DNA of 64,000 nucleotides from Candidatus Methanomethylicaceae archaeon (GTDB lineage Archaea; Thermoproteota; Methanomethylicia; Methanomethylicales; Methanomethylicaceae): NCBI GenBank assembly GCA_015660995.1, contig JACTUC010000002.1, positions 43,480 to 107,479 of the forward strand, read 5' to 3'. Shown piece by piece: positions 1 to 9,278 of this stretch (position 1 is its first letter; each line of letters starts with the position of its first letter). The notes under the pieces were generated by a model. It saw only the letters and a program-made list of their open reading frames with translations, ran no database searches and was not told where the DNA came from. The position numbers and the translations under genes were made by a program.

Positions 1-1
1 C

Positions 2-760
2 GGCGGCTCGGTTCCTGACCCTGTTCCCAATAACCTTGGTGGCTTAAGGAACTTAACCCTCGAAAGTGGCTCGTCTCTAGGAATCGCCCTGGATGGGGAC
101 GGCGATAGGCTAGCAGTAGTCACGGACGAAGGCAGATTTCTGATGGCCAATCAATTGCTCCCGCTGGTATACCTTCACCTGCTCGACAAGAGATCGATTT
201 TTGGGGATGCTGCCCGAACGGTTGCCACCTCACACTTGGTGGATAGTGTTGCTGCGGGGAATGGGAGGAAGGTAATTGAAACTCCTGTGGGTTTCAAATA
301 TATCGGAGAACTGCTGCGTGAGAAGAAGGTAATTATAGGTGGTGAAGAGAGCGGTGGCATGAGCCTGATCACGCATATACCGGAGAAGGATGGTATAGCT
401 TCGGCACTCATGGTCATTGAAGATATTCTCCTCTCCGGTTCAACACTGGGCAATATTATGTCGAACATAACCACAGCTTGTGGCCGCTTCGAGTCAGCGC
501 GCCTGGATATCAGGTTGCCACATATTCCATCGCTGTCTGGGCTGGAAAAGCTCTTGGGGAGCCAAATACTGGGTAAAAATGTCATAAAAACCAGCAAGCT
601 TGATGGCTTGAAGGTTATTCTAGATGATGGCTCCTGGCTGCTCTTCCGAATCTCAGGTACTGAAAATGTGATAAGGGTGTACTCAGAATCTTCCAGTCCT
701 GAAGCCACTTCAGGCCTTCTCAGGTTTGGCGAAGATGCGGTCGATAAGTTGCTCTCCTGA
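2..760 (+). CDS. Phosphoglucomutase/phosphomannomutase family protein (5'-truncated by window edge)
   Basis: Frame is open from base 2; DGDGDR metal-binding loop upstream of the listed ORF, GEESGG sugar-binding loop, C-terminal R-x-SGTE motif. Confidence 0.92.
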   Translation, partial: GGSVPDPVPNNLGGLRNLTLESGSSLGIALDGDGDRLAVVTDEGRFLMANQLLPLVYLHLLDKRSIFGDAARTVATSHLVDSVAAGNGRKVIETPVGFKYIGELLREKKVIIGGEESGGMSLITHIPEKDGIASALMVIEDILLSGSTLGNIMSNITTACGRFESARLDIRLPHIPSLSGLEKLLGSQILGKNVIKTSKLDGLKVILDDGSWLLFRISGTENVIRVYSESSSPEATSGLLRFGEDAVDKLLS

Positions 761-805
761 CAATTGCGCTTTCTAAAAGCCTATCGTTGATAGTTCAATA
801 CTATT

Positions 806-819
806 GTTTCATATGAAAC
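806..819. promoter_or_regulatory. Perfect 14-bp palindrome GTTTCATATGAAAC, candidate operator of the ABC importer
   Basis: Lies just upstream of a TTTTAAAA TATA-like box about 40 bp before the binding-protein start; extends to 20 bp with one mismatch. Confidence 0.45.
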
Positions 820-866
820 GATACTTTTAAAAATGGTATGTTGACATGTAACTCCGAGGCCAAACT

Positions 867-1925
867 ATGAGTGGTAAAGCGCTCGCAAAGCTACCCGTTA
901 TCGTGATATTATTGATAATTATTCTAGCAGCAGTCGGCGCCGCCATATTGGCGTTCTCACCGCTGATTACCAATCCCTCAGGCAACCTCACAGTGGTCGA
1001 CATGGCTGGCAATACGGTCCAGGTCCCATCTGACGTCAAGAGGGTTGTGATAATCAACTCCTACTGGGCGGAGATTGCTTGTTGCATTGGCGCCCAGGAC
1101 AAGATCGTGGGGATAGGGAAGGACGTCACATCTTCGGTTTACATCCCTGCCCAAGTAAAGAACTTGACAGTGGTTGGAGACCTTTTTAACGGCATCAATA
1201 TGGAGACACTGGTCGCGCTGAAGCCTGACCTTGTGATAATGGACTATGGTTATGGGGATGCCGCCCAGGTCGTGAGCCAACTGCAAGGCTTCAACATCTC
1301 TGTGGTTGAAATGTCCACTGGGAGTTTCTCGACCGAGATAAATGCTGTGAAGCTTCTGGGGAAAGTGCTCGATGAAAATAACAATGCTAGCCAACTGGCC
1401 ACCTACATGCAGAACGGGCAGGCATCCATAGACAATGCGGTTGCAGGCCTGAATAACACACAGAAGCCTACGGTCCTAATCTGCAACCTCAATGTCTGGT
1501 CCTCCGGACTTATCTACACCTACTCCAACAGCACCTGGGGCAACGCAGTCGATGAGGTTGGTGGCATAAACGTAGCCCTGAGGGATCAACCCAGTCAGTC
1601 ATGGTACAAGGTTAATTTCGAGCAGCTGCTTGCGTGGAACCCTGACATAATCATTGTACTTGGCAGAGACAACGCAACTCTGACTCCGCAGTTGCAGCTG
1701 GCATCGCTGAACAGTAGTTGGAGCCAGCTCAAGGCAGTCAGCAGTGGCAACGTGTATCCGCTTCTGATAGGTTCCAAGGTACCGGGCGCATTCTTGGACG
1801 ATGGGCCAAGAACCTACATAGGTCTCATAGAGCTGGGCAAGATAATACAGCCTTCCCTCTACCAGTCAATGGATCTGAACAGTTCCATCAATAATCTGCT
1901 CACTAAATTCTACAACCTTGGTTGA
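867..1925 (+). CDS. Fe-siderophore/cobalamin ABC transporter substrate-binding protein (BtuF/FecB-like)
   Basis: N-terminal TM anchor, D-x-x-G-x-x-V...RVV start, E-x-L-x-x-L-x-PDLVI and WNPDII motifs; followed by permease and ATPase. Confidence 0.88.
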   Translation: MSGKALAKLPVIVILLIIILAAVGAAILAFSPLITNPSGNLTVVDMAGNTVQVPSDVKRVVIINSYWAEIACCIGAQDKIVGIGKDVTSSVYIPAQVKNLTVVGDLFNGINMETLVALKPDLVIMDYGYGDAAQVVSQLQGFNISVVEMSTGSFSTEINAVKLLGKVLDENNNASQLATYMQNGQASIDNAVAGLNNTQKPTVLICNLNVWSSGLIYTYSNSTWGNAVDEVGGINVALRDQPSQSWYKVNFEQLLAWNPDIIIVLGRDNATLTPQLQLASLNSSWSQLKAVSSGNVYPLLIGSKVPGAFLDDGPRTYIGLIELGKIIQPSLYQSMDLNSSINNLLTKFYNLG

Positions 1926-1962
1926 ATGTGAGTATTTACCTTCTTTCAATCTGGTATCAAAA

Positions 1963-2976
1963 ATGCCATCAAAGGGACTTCGTTGGAAATCGGCGGTCAT
2001 CCTCATCCTTCCGTTTCCAATCTTGATCGCCTCCCTTTTCATTGGGACCTACCAGGTCCCTCCTCTGTCAATATTGTCCATTATCTTCTCCCCCATCACC
2101 CACGCCAATATTCCTGAAGTGTACCGCTTGGTCATTGTCGACATACGCCTTCCAAGGATAATACTCGCCCTTGTTGGTGGTTTGGCATTATCCGTCTCGG
2201 GAGGGTCCCTTCAGAGTCTTTTTAGAAACCCCCTTGTGGACTCCTATGTCCTGGGGGTATCAGCGGGTGCAGGTTTCGGTGCCGCTCTGGCAATAGCCTT
2301 CGTGCCAAACTCTCCTTGGATTGTGCAGGCCTTCGCCTTCTTCTTTGGTTTTGTATCCTTCCTTTTGACATATTCGGTCGCGCGGAACAGGGGGGAGGTT
2401 CCAGTGGTCTCACTTGTTCTCGGAGGTATAATAGTCACTGCACTCTTCACAGCAGGGCTATCCATGATCAAGTTCTTTACATCGCCGGAGCAGCTTGCCA
2501 GCATCGTATACTGGCTTATGGGCAGCCTCTCCAGTGCCACCTGGAACGTTGTCCTGCAGGTGCTCCCGCTAGTGCTCTTGGGTTTCCTCTTCGTTTTCCT
2601 AATGCGCTGGCGGCTAAATGTGCTCTCGATGGGGGACGAGGAAGCAAAGGCACTGGGTGTGAATGTCGAGAGAGACAGGTTCATAATACTTCTTGTCACA
2701 ACACTTATGGTCTCCGCATTGGTCGCTGTGACTGGGATTATTGGATGGATCGGGCTTATAGTGCCTCACATCGTCCGGATGTTCGTCCGCACATCAGACA
2801 ACCGTGTGGTGATACCCCTTTCGGCAGCACTTGGGGCGATATTCCTACTGCTTGCCGATGACTTCGCCCGATCTTTGACAACATTCGAGCTCCCTGTCGG
2901 CCTGATTACAACCCTCATTGGGGCTCCATTCTTCCTTTACCTGCTAAAAAGGAGTGGTGGCTTGGGATGGAAATAA
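1963..2976 (+). CDS. FecCD/BtuC-family ABC permease
   Basis: RLPRI, LFRNPL, EAKALGV, IGWIGLIVPH motifs; start moved to ATG 1963. Confidence 0.92.
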   Translation: MPSKGLRWKSAVILILPFPILIASLFIGTYQVPPLSILSIIFSPITHANIPEVYRLVIVDIRLPRIILALVGGLALSVSGGSLQSLFRNPLVDSYVLGVSAGAGFGAALAIAFVPNSPWIVQAFAFFFGFVSFLLTYSVARNRGEVPVVSLVLGGIIVTALFTAGLSMIKFFTSPEQLASIVYWLMGSLSSATWNVVLQVLPLVLLGFLFVFLMRWRLNVLSMGDEEAKALGVNVERDRFIILLVTTLMVSALVAVTGIIGWIGLIVPHIVRMFVRTSDNRVVIPLSAALGAIFLLLADDFARSLTTFELPVGLITTLIGAPFFLYLLKRSGGLGWK

Positions 2977-3743
2977 TCAAGATTAGAGACCTCAACTTCT
3001 CATATGGCAGTGGATCAGCGTTCAGGCTGTATGGGGTCTCCCTTGAGGTGCAAGAGAGCGAGGTCATAGTGCTCCTTGGCCCGAACGGGTGCGGAAAGAC
3101 CACCCTGCTGAAGTGCATCAATGCCCTGCTGAAGCCACAGAGCGGGGAGGTCCTTCTCAATGGTAGGAACGCCTTGGAGTTGGGCAGGAATGAGCTTGCT
3201 TGCATGGTGGGCTTCGTCCCACAAGCCCATACCCCCCCCTTCCCCTTCACGGTCGAGGAGGCAGTCCTCATGGGGAGAGCCTCGCACCTGAGCATATTTC
3301 AGCAGCCCTCAGAGACTGACTACTCAAGAACCGAAGAAGCACTCAACCTGCTAGGCTTAACTTCGATGAGGGACCGACCCTACACCGAGATAAGTGGCGG
3401 AGAGAGGCAGCTTGTGCTCATCGCAAGGGCAATCGCCCAAGAACCAAAGGCGCTCCTCCTCGACGAGCCGACCGCGCACCTGGACTTCAAGAACCAGGTA
3501 GTCGTGCTCAAGACAGTCAACAGGATAGCAAAGGAGCGTGGTCTCGGCGTCGTCATGAGCCTGCACGACCCCAACCAGGCGTCACTCTTCTCCGACAAGG
3601 TAGCTCTTATGTCGGAAGGGCGGGTTGTAACCATTGGCAAGCCTTCCGAAGTAGTGACCGCTGAGAACATAAACAGGCTCTATGGGATGAAATCCCAGGT
3701 CCTTGATTACGATGGCAGAAGGCTTGTGCTGCCCGAACTCTGA
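2967..3743 (+). CDS. FepC/BtuD-family ABC ATPase
   Basis: Walker A GPNGCGKT, signature ISGGERQ, Walker B LLLDEPT, H-loop LHD. Confidence 0.95.
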   Translation: MEIIKIRDLNFSYGSGSAFRLYGVSLEVQESEVIVLLGPNGCGKTTLLKCINALLKPQSGEVLLNGRNALELGRNELACMVGFVPQAHTPPFPFTVEEAVLMGRASHLSIFQQPSETDYSRTEEALNLLGLTSMRDRPYTEISGGERQLVLIARAIAQEPKALLLDEPTAHLDFKNQVVVLKTVNRIAKERGLGVVMSLHDPNQASLFSDKVALMSEGRVVTIGKPSEVVTAENINRLYGMKSQVLDYDGRRLVLPEL

Positions 3744-3875
3744 CTTAGGTAATTTTATAAGATTTTGATACGTATACAAAGCACAATTTGGAAATTAAAC
3801 TTGTTCCGAGGCTGAAGCCGGTTGTAAAGCTTGGCTTAAGCCTCATGCCCCAAACTGAAAGGGAAGGTTCGAGAG

Positions 3876-4442
3876 ATGAAGAGGAAGACTTTTGTTGCCA
3901 GGGACGACCTACTCAACTTGATCAACGAAATGGCCAAGAAGAGCGGGCGTAGCCAGTACGACTTCATAAACGAGACCTTTGAGCTGACCATCCTGGCTGC
4001 GAATAAGGGCGCAAACCTGAGAGTGGCCATCGATGAGCAGAGCTTTCTGAAAGCGGCTCGGGATCGTGGTTTCGTGCTTGGCTTGGAGAACCTCTGGTTC
4101 GAGACTGCAGAGCTTGCATACAATAACTCAAAGGAGAAAGCAATGAAGGCGTGGCGCAGCGCTGGCATCTGGTTCGTAAAAATCTTCTCGCTAGAAGCGA
4201 CAGATGACCCAATTCAATCCTTGAAAAAGGAATTGAAGGCTTACACGTGGAATGTCCCAGATCTGAATCTTACTCAGGTTGGATCGGAGATAACGGTCCA
4301 GGCAATCAGCCCAAAATTCTCCGAACCCTATTCAATGCTCTTCTCGGCTTTTCTAGAGGGGGCGCTTGATACCCTTGGCTATTCCATCGAAAGCAGGGAA
4401 GTCTCGAATGGAAGCGTACGTTTAATTGCCTTGAAGAAATAG
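3876..4442 (+). CDS. Hypothetical protein: N-terminal ribbon-helix-helix-like domain plus C-terminal alpha/beta (V4R-like) domain
   Basis: N-terminus KTFVARDDLLNLINEMAKKSGRS fits a beta-helix-helix pattern; paralogous in layout to the next ORF. Confidence 0.55.
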   Translation: MKRKTFVARDDLLNLINEMAKKSGRSQYDFINETFELTILAANKGANLRVAIDEQSFLKAARDRGFVLGLENLWFETAELAYNNSKEKAMKAWRSAGIWFVKIFSLEATDDPIQSLKKELKAYTWNVPDLNLTQVGSEITVQAISPKFSEPYSMLFSAFLEGALDTLGYSIESREVSNGSVRLIALKK

Positions 4443-4493
4443 GTATATCAGAGGCGTTCCACTCGATAGGAGAATACTGGGATGGATTAAGAG

Positions 4494-5075
4494 ATGACCC
4501 TCAAGGCAAGAGGAAAGAAGCTGGTCTATGTCTCTGAGGACATCATCGACTCCATCGCTGAAATCACGAAGAAGAGGGGCGAGTCCGTAACAAAATTCAT
4601 CGAGGACATGCTCCGACAGGCAGTAAAAGTCGACTCGTTGGGCTTCTCACCAGACGACATCTCCGAAATACTGGAGGTAATACAAGTCCAGCGCGTGCTG
4701 GGAGGAACCTTCGCTCCGCTTGAGGTCCTTAACTATGTCTCAGGTCCAGATTACAGCCCGAAGAGGGACCAGCTTCAGGTCAAATGGTATGAGAGCGGCA
4801 GACTCTACGGGCGATACCTAAAAGAGAGGTCGCAGTCGCCCGTCCGGGCGCTCGGCGCTCTCTTAAGGGTCATGAGATGGGATCTAAACGAAGTAACGGT
4901 CAGAGAGGATGAAGATGTAATTAAGTTTAGATGCGTATCCACATCCCTCACCGTCGAGGGCACTGCATTTCTGGCAAAGTTCGTCGAAGGGGTAGTGAAT
5001 GGCATGGGTTACAAAATAATCTTGAGCGAGTACATGAAGGGCATGATCGTCATGGATCTCAAGGCAGAAGCATAG
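4494..5075 (+). CDS. Hypothetical protein: RHH-like N-terminus plus V4R-like C-terminus (paralog of 3876..4442)
   Basis: KLVYVSEDIIDSIAEITKKRGESVTKFIEDML; F-x-x-G-x-x-x-x-x-GY C-terminal pattern shared with the preceding ORF. Confidence 0.55.
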   Translation: MTLKARGKKLVYVSEDIIDSIAEITKKRGESVTKFIEDMLRQAVKVDSLGFSPDDISEILEVIQVQRVLGGTFAPLEVLNYVSGPDYSPKRDQLQVKWYESGRLYGRYLKERSQSPVRALGALLRVMRWDLNEVTVREDEDVIKFRCVSTSLTVEGTAFLAKFVEGVVNGMGYKIILSEYMKGMIVMDLKAEA

Positions 5076-5133
5076 CCGATTTCGCTTTTGTCTTTTTATG
5101 ATCCTGATTATCATCTCGATGATCTAGTAAGTG

Positions 5134-5163
5134 TACATTTTACTAACCGATTAGTAAAATGTA
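5134..5163. repeat. Perfect 13-bp inverted repeat TACATTTTACTAA-CCGA-TTAGTAAAATGTA
   Basis: Read directly; about 90 bp upstream of the surface-protein gene. Confidence 0.85.
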
Positions 5164-5252
5164 TGTAAATTCTAGTATATACTCTGAGAAGGTTCACATA
5201 ACATATATATACCGTATTACAATAGAGATTGTAGTACGAAAAAACAAATTAG

Positions 5253-7505
5253 GTGAAAAGAATGAAAAAAAGTTATGCTATTTTAATTACTATACTACTA
5301 ATGCTTCCAATGCTTTCAGCGGCAGTACCTGTCAGAGCTTCAATCAATCATCCAACATTAGATGGCTATAATGTAAATACATCTACATTCGATACTTCAT
5401 TTTGGAACGTTTCTATGATTGCAGGCAGTCTTAATGTCACAACTATTGATGGCACACCTTTTCCAAATGATTGGCTAGCTATCAACATGACAAACGTGGG
5501 TCTATCCGGTTCGCAGTTCAACATCTACTTTAGCCAGGACGGCTATTCGCTAATCAGCCCTGGCGATGTAGAATATGCAAAAGCACTAACTACGGTCGAT
5601 CTTAGCCAACCACTCAGCCTTAATACCAATATAACTGTGACGAATGCATACTTGGCGGGCGGTAAGGCGACATTCTGGCTCGGACTGCTTGGCGGTTCAA
5701 GCTACATTATTGGGCCAATTCCATTCACCATCTTAGCCGACTATAAATACATAAAAATTTGGGATGGCGAGTCCGCAATTGCAGTGGCTGAACAGCCAAT
5801 AATTGTGCTTCCCGCATTATCCCTCAGCCCGACTTCCGGCCCAGCTGGTACTTCAGTTACCCTCTCCGGAGTGGCTCTCAGTGCTAGTACTCTCTACAAC
5901 ATAACCTATGGTGGCGTAGATTCTACTGCTGCAGCTCAGGTAACAACCACAACCAATGGCACTTTTGCTTATACTTGGACAATCGAAGATCTGTGCGACG
6001 ACTCTAACGAACTAATTACTATTAGTGTGTTTAACAATGCAACAGGTGCCCCTATTGGCAATGTGAATTTCATCGAATATGGCAGAGAGATCCTCAGTGC
6101 AGTATCGCCTATTGACAGCAGCTGGACTTCTGGCCCATATGGCAATAATACTGTAGACATTGACGTCAATGTACTTAAACCTCTCAACTTTGAAGTCAAT
6201 TACTTCAACCCCACTGTGCCAGTCAATGTGGTAATTGATGGGACTACTGTGGACACATTCAATACAAATACCACAGGCTACTACAATGAGACTATAACCG
6301 TCCCAGTTTTATCACTCGGCGACCATTATCTCGTATTATCCAACGGCGGCTGCCTGTTCAACATGACGATAGATGTGCAGCCTTCGCTAATTGTGACACC
6401 AGACTCTGGCCCAATTGGGACAAACGTGACTTTCACTTGCTATGGCTTCCAACCAGGATTTGTGGCTCTATACTACTGGACTGATGACGTCTGTACCTTC
6501 AGTGAAGGCTATAACTGGCTAGCAAACGCAACCGTCGGCGCCGATGGGCAGTTCAACGTTACTGTACCATGGACTATACCTTCATATCCAGGTGGCGAAT
6601 TATGGATCTATGCTTATTCAACCTTCGTCGACAACTACACTGGTTCAGGTGAGATAGCTTCCACATACTTCACTGTCACTCCATCGCTTGTTGCAACACC
6701 GTCTTCAGTCGCAGCGAATGGCAGCATAATCACCATCACTGGAACAGGTCTAATGCGGCACACGGCATATACAATTGATATCGATAACCAAGCATTTGCT
6801 GTGCCAAACTTCTACTCCTATACCTACGGTTGGGATCCAATGGGCAGCTATTATCCTGGTGCGGGCGTAGTGCAATACGCTAGCTCCGTCGTTTGGGCGG
6901 ACGATTGCGGCAATTTAGCCATTCAGCTTGTTGCTGCGGGCTTCCGACCAGGCGAGCATGTTGTAGCTCTGTATGCAGCTATTCCCAACTCATATGGCTA
7001 TTTCAGTTGGGATAGTGGCACATTTAGTGGTAGAGGCTTCGGTAACTACTCACTTAATGCCTATGTGCTCTTCACGGTGACCACTGAAAATGACACAGAA
7101 GTCAACGCCATAGTTACTTCGATGAATTCGACCTTCGCTGCTCAATTGCAGACAATGGGTGCCCAGATTACTTCAATCCAGAACGATGTCGCAACAATCA
7201 CGACTAACACCGGAACAATACAAGCAGCAGTTTCTGCTCTGGACGCTAAGGTGACTACCCTCACGGGCAATGTCGCCACCGTCTCAACCAACCTAGGCAC
7301 ATTGACAGGAACAGTGACTTCAATCCAGGGTGACGTTGCAACCATAAAGACAGACGTCGGAACGATTAAGGCAACAACCACCTCGATCAAGAGCTTCCTG
7401 CCGGTCGATCTAACGCCGGTATGGATCGCCGTGATCCTGTCGCTGATTGCAGCCATTGCTTCCATCTACGGAATAATCGTCATACGCAGCAAGATTGCAG
7501 CTTAA
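5253..7505 (+). CDS. Large membrane-anchored surface (S-layer-like) protein
   Basis: Signal peptide, many N-x-S/T sequons, repeated L-x-x-x-P-x-SGP-x-GT Ig-like modules, Thr-rich amphipathic repeats near the C-terminus, C-terminal TM helix plus basic tail. Confidence 0.75.
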   Translation: MKRMKKSYAILITILLMLPMLSAAVPVRASINHPTLDGYNVNTSTFDTSFWNVSMIAGSLNVTTIDGTPFPNDWLAINMTNVGLSGSQFNIYFSQDGYSLISPGDVEYAKALTTVDLSQPLSLNTNITVTNAYLAGGKATFWLGLLGGSSYIIGPIPFTILADYKYIKIWDGESAIAVAEQPIIVLPALSLSPTSGPAGTSVTLSGVALSASTLYNITYGGVDSTAAAQVTTTTNGTFAYTWTIEDLCDDSNELITISVFNNATGAPIGNVNFIEYGREILSAVSPIDSSWTSGPYGNNTVDIDVNVLKPLNFEVNYFNPTVPVNVVIDGTTVDTFNTNTTGYYNETITVPVLSLGDHYLVLSNGGCLFNMTIDVQPSLIVTPDSGPIGTNVTFTCYGFQPGFVALYYWTDDVCTFSEGYNWLANATVGADGQFNVTVPWTIPSYPGGELWIYAYSTFVDNYTGSGEIASTYFTVTPSLVATPSSVAANGSIITITGTGLMRHTAYTIDIDNQAFAVPNFYSYTYGWDPMGSYYPGAGVVQYASSVVWADDCGNLAIQLVAAGFRPGEHVVALYAAIPNSYGYFSWDSGTFSGRGFGNYSLNAYVLFTVTTENDTEVNAIVTSMNSTFAAQLQTMGAQITSIQNDVATITTNTGTIQAAVSALDAKVTTLTGNVATVSTNLGTLTGTVTSIQGDVATIKTDVGTIKATTTSIKSFLPVDLTPVWIAVILSLIAAIASIYGIIVIRSKIAA

Positions 7506-7553
7506 AAACTGCAAAACCTTTTTCTTTTTTTTATTTTTCTTTTCTTCCAATTA

Positions 7554-8447
7554 TTAGATTACTCTATGATCGGAGAGGAATTCTAGAAGCTCTTCCTTCG
7601 TCGGAAGACCCGTTCTGGCTCCCTTTTTCATTATTTTTATCGCTGCTTCACCAGCTCCCCACAGGGATGCTTCTTTCGGAGTCAAATTGTCATTGATTCC
7701 TGCAATGAACCCCGCATCGAACGCATCGCCGGCCCCCGTTGTGTCCACCGCATCAACCTTGAAAGCAGGTTCCAGAAGCGCCGTATCCACACTTCTAACA
7801 AAAACCCCTCTCCTGCCAAGCTTGACAACAACTGTCCCAGCCTTTCTCAGGAGGACTTCAGAACCCTCCCTATAGCCCATCCCTGTGATGTTTCTGCACT
7901 CAAGATCGTTGAGCAGCAGGAAGTCCGCCCCCTTCAAGTCTTCCGGTTTCAAATGCTTCGACTCCCCCCCTGGATCGAGCGCTACTTTCCCAGCCTTCTT
8001 TTTTAGTGCTATCAAGAGGATGTCCTTACTGACATTTGAAAGCTGCACGACCTTTGCTTCGGGCAGACCACCCGCGACTATGCCTCCGAGATCTGCATTT
8101 GCCCCCCTGTAGGCTATCATCCGCCTTGCACCTTTGGAATCAACGATCACGCAGACTGTCCCTGTGTTCTTACCCTTTGAGAAAGCAACGAAATCTGTGG
8201 AAATCTCCTCCCTATGCAGGGCTGCGATGGCCTCTCTTCCAAAGTCATCCTCCCCCACGCACCCGACGATCCCCGTCTTTAGCCCCAGCCTTGCTGTGCC
8301 GACTGCGAAGTTTGCCGCTGACCCTCCGCTGAAGACCGAGTAATCCATTGCTGTAACCTCATCGTCTGCCTTGGGCATCTGGTCAACAAAGAACGAGAGA
8401 TCCACGTTTATGTTCCCTAGCGCGAGAACATCAAGCTTCCTTGCCAA
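7554..8447 (-). CDS. PfkB/ribokinase-family carbohydrate kinase
   Basis: GGSAAN N-terminal motif and DTTGAGDAF PfkB signature. Confidence 0.92.
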   Translation of the reverse strand: MARKLDVLALGNINVDLSFFVDQMPKADDEVTAMDYSVFSGGSAANFAVGTARLGLKTGIVGCVGEDDFGREAIAALHREEISTDFVAFSKGKNTGTVCVIVDSKGARRMIAYRGANADLGGIVAGGLPEAKVVQLSNVSKDILLIALKKKAGKVALDPGGESKHLKPEDLKGADFLLLNDLECRNITGMGYREGSEVLLRKAGTVVVKLGRRGVFVRSVDTALLEPAFKVDAVDTTGAGDAFDAGFIAGINDNLTPKEASLWGAGEAAIKIMKKGARTGLPTKEELLEFLSDHRVI

Positions 8448-8458
8448 ATCCTGGCACC

Positions 8459-9148
8459 CTACTTCAGAATTACTCTGGCGTCGACTATCCTGCAGCCCCT
8501 CTCGTAGGCTATCGTGGGATTGAGATCGAGCTCCATTATCGCGTCCTCCTTCATCATCATTCCCGAGACCTTCATTAAGGCATCACCAAGTGCATCCATG
8601 TCTGAGGGCTTCTTCCCACGAATGCCTTTGAGCAAAGGGTATGCCTTCAGCTCTGTCATCATGTCCGTGGCGTCGTCCAGCGTTATAGGCGCAACCCTGA
8701 ATGATACATCCTTGAAGACCTCAACGAAAACCCCTCCAAGACCGAAGAGTAGCACGGGCCCGAACTGGGGATCGCGTTTCGCGCCGATGATAGTCTCAAT
8801 ACCGGGAGGCGCCATCTTCTCTACCAGCGCCCCTTCAAGCCTGAATCCAATTGAGTCCCTTATACCCGTTATCCTGCCAAAGGCTTCGGAAACTCCGTCC
8901 GCGTCCTTGATGCCCAATATCACGCCACCTACGTCCGACTTGTGGATAACGTCGGGCGAGACGATCTTCATAACCAAAGGGTATCCGAGCTCTTCAGCAG
9001 CTGCCTTCGCTTCCTCCACAGTCTTTGCAAGCCTCCATTCGCCGACCGGGAGCCCGTATGCCCTGCATAGCTCCTTAGCTTCTGGCTCAAGGAGCCAGCC
9101 CCTCTCTATACCCGCCTGAATAAGCCCCGGCGTCATAGACCATCGCAA
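8459..9148 (-). CDS. acdB: Acetate-CoA ligase (ADP-forming) beta subunit
   Basis: ATP-grasp: GYPLVMKIVSPDVIHKSDVGGV, FGPVLLFGLGGVFVE, ELDLNP. Confidence 0.9.
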   Translation of the reverse strand: MRWSMTPGLIQAGIERGWLLEPEAKELCRAYGLPVGEWRLAKTVEEAKAAAEELGYPLVMKIVSPDVIHKSDVGGVILGIKDADGVSEAFGRITGIRDSIGFRLEGALVEKMAPPGIETIIGAKRDPQFGPVLLFGLGGVFVEVFKDVSFRVAPITLDDATDMMTELKAYPLLKGIRGKKPSDMDALGDALMKVSGMMMKEDAIMELDLNPTIAYERGCRIVDARVILK

Positions 9149-9278
9149 TATGCTATGGGCAGTTAAATTAAAAACCTTTGTTTCTGCAACTCTAGAGCTA
9201 GCCTATGGTCAATCTCCACCATACACCAACTTTTAATACAAATTCGCATCTTTATACGGTGTCTTTAGGGGATTATTT

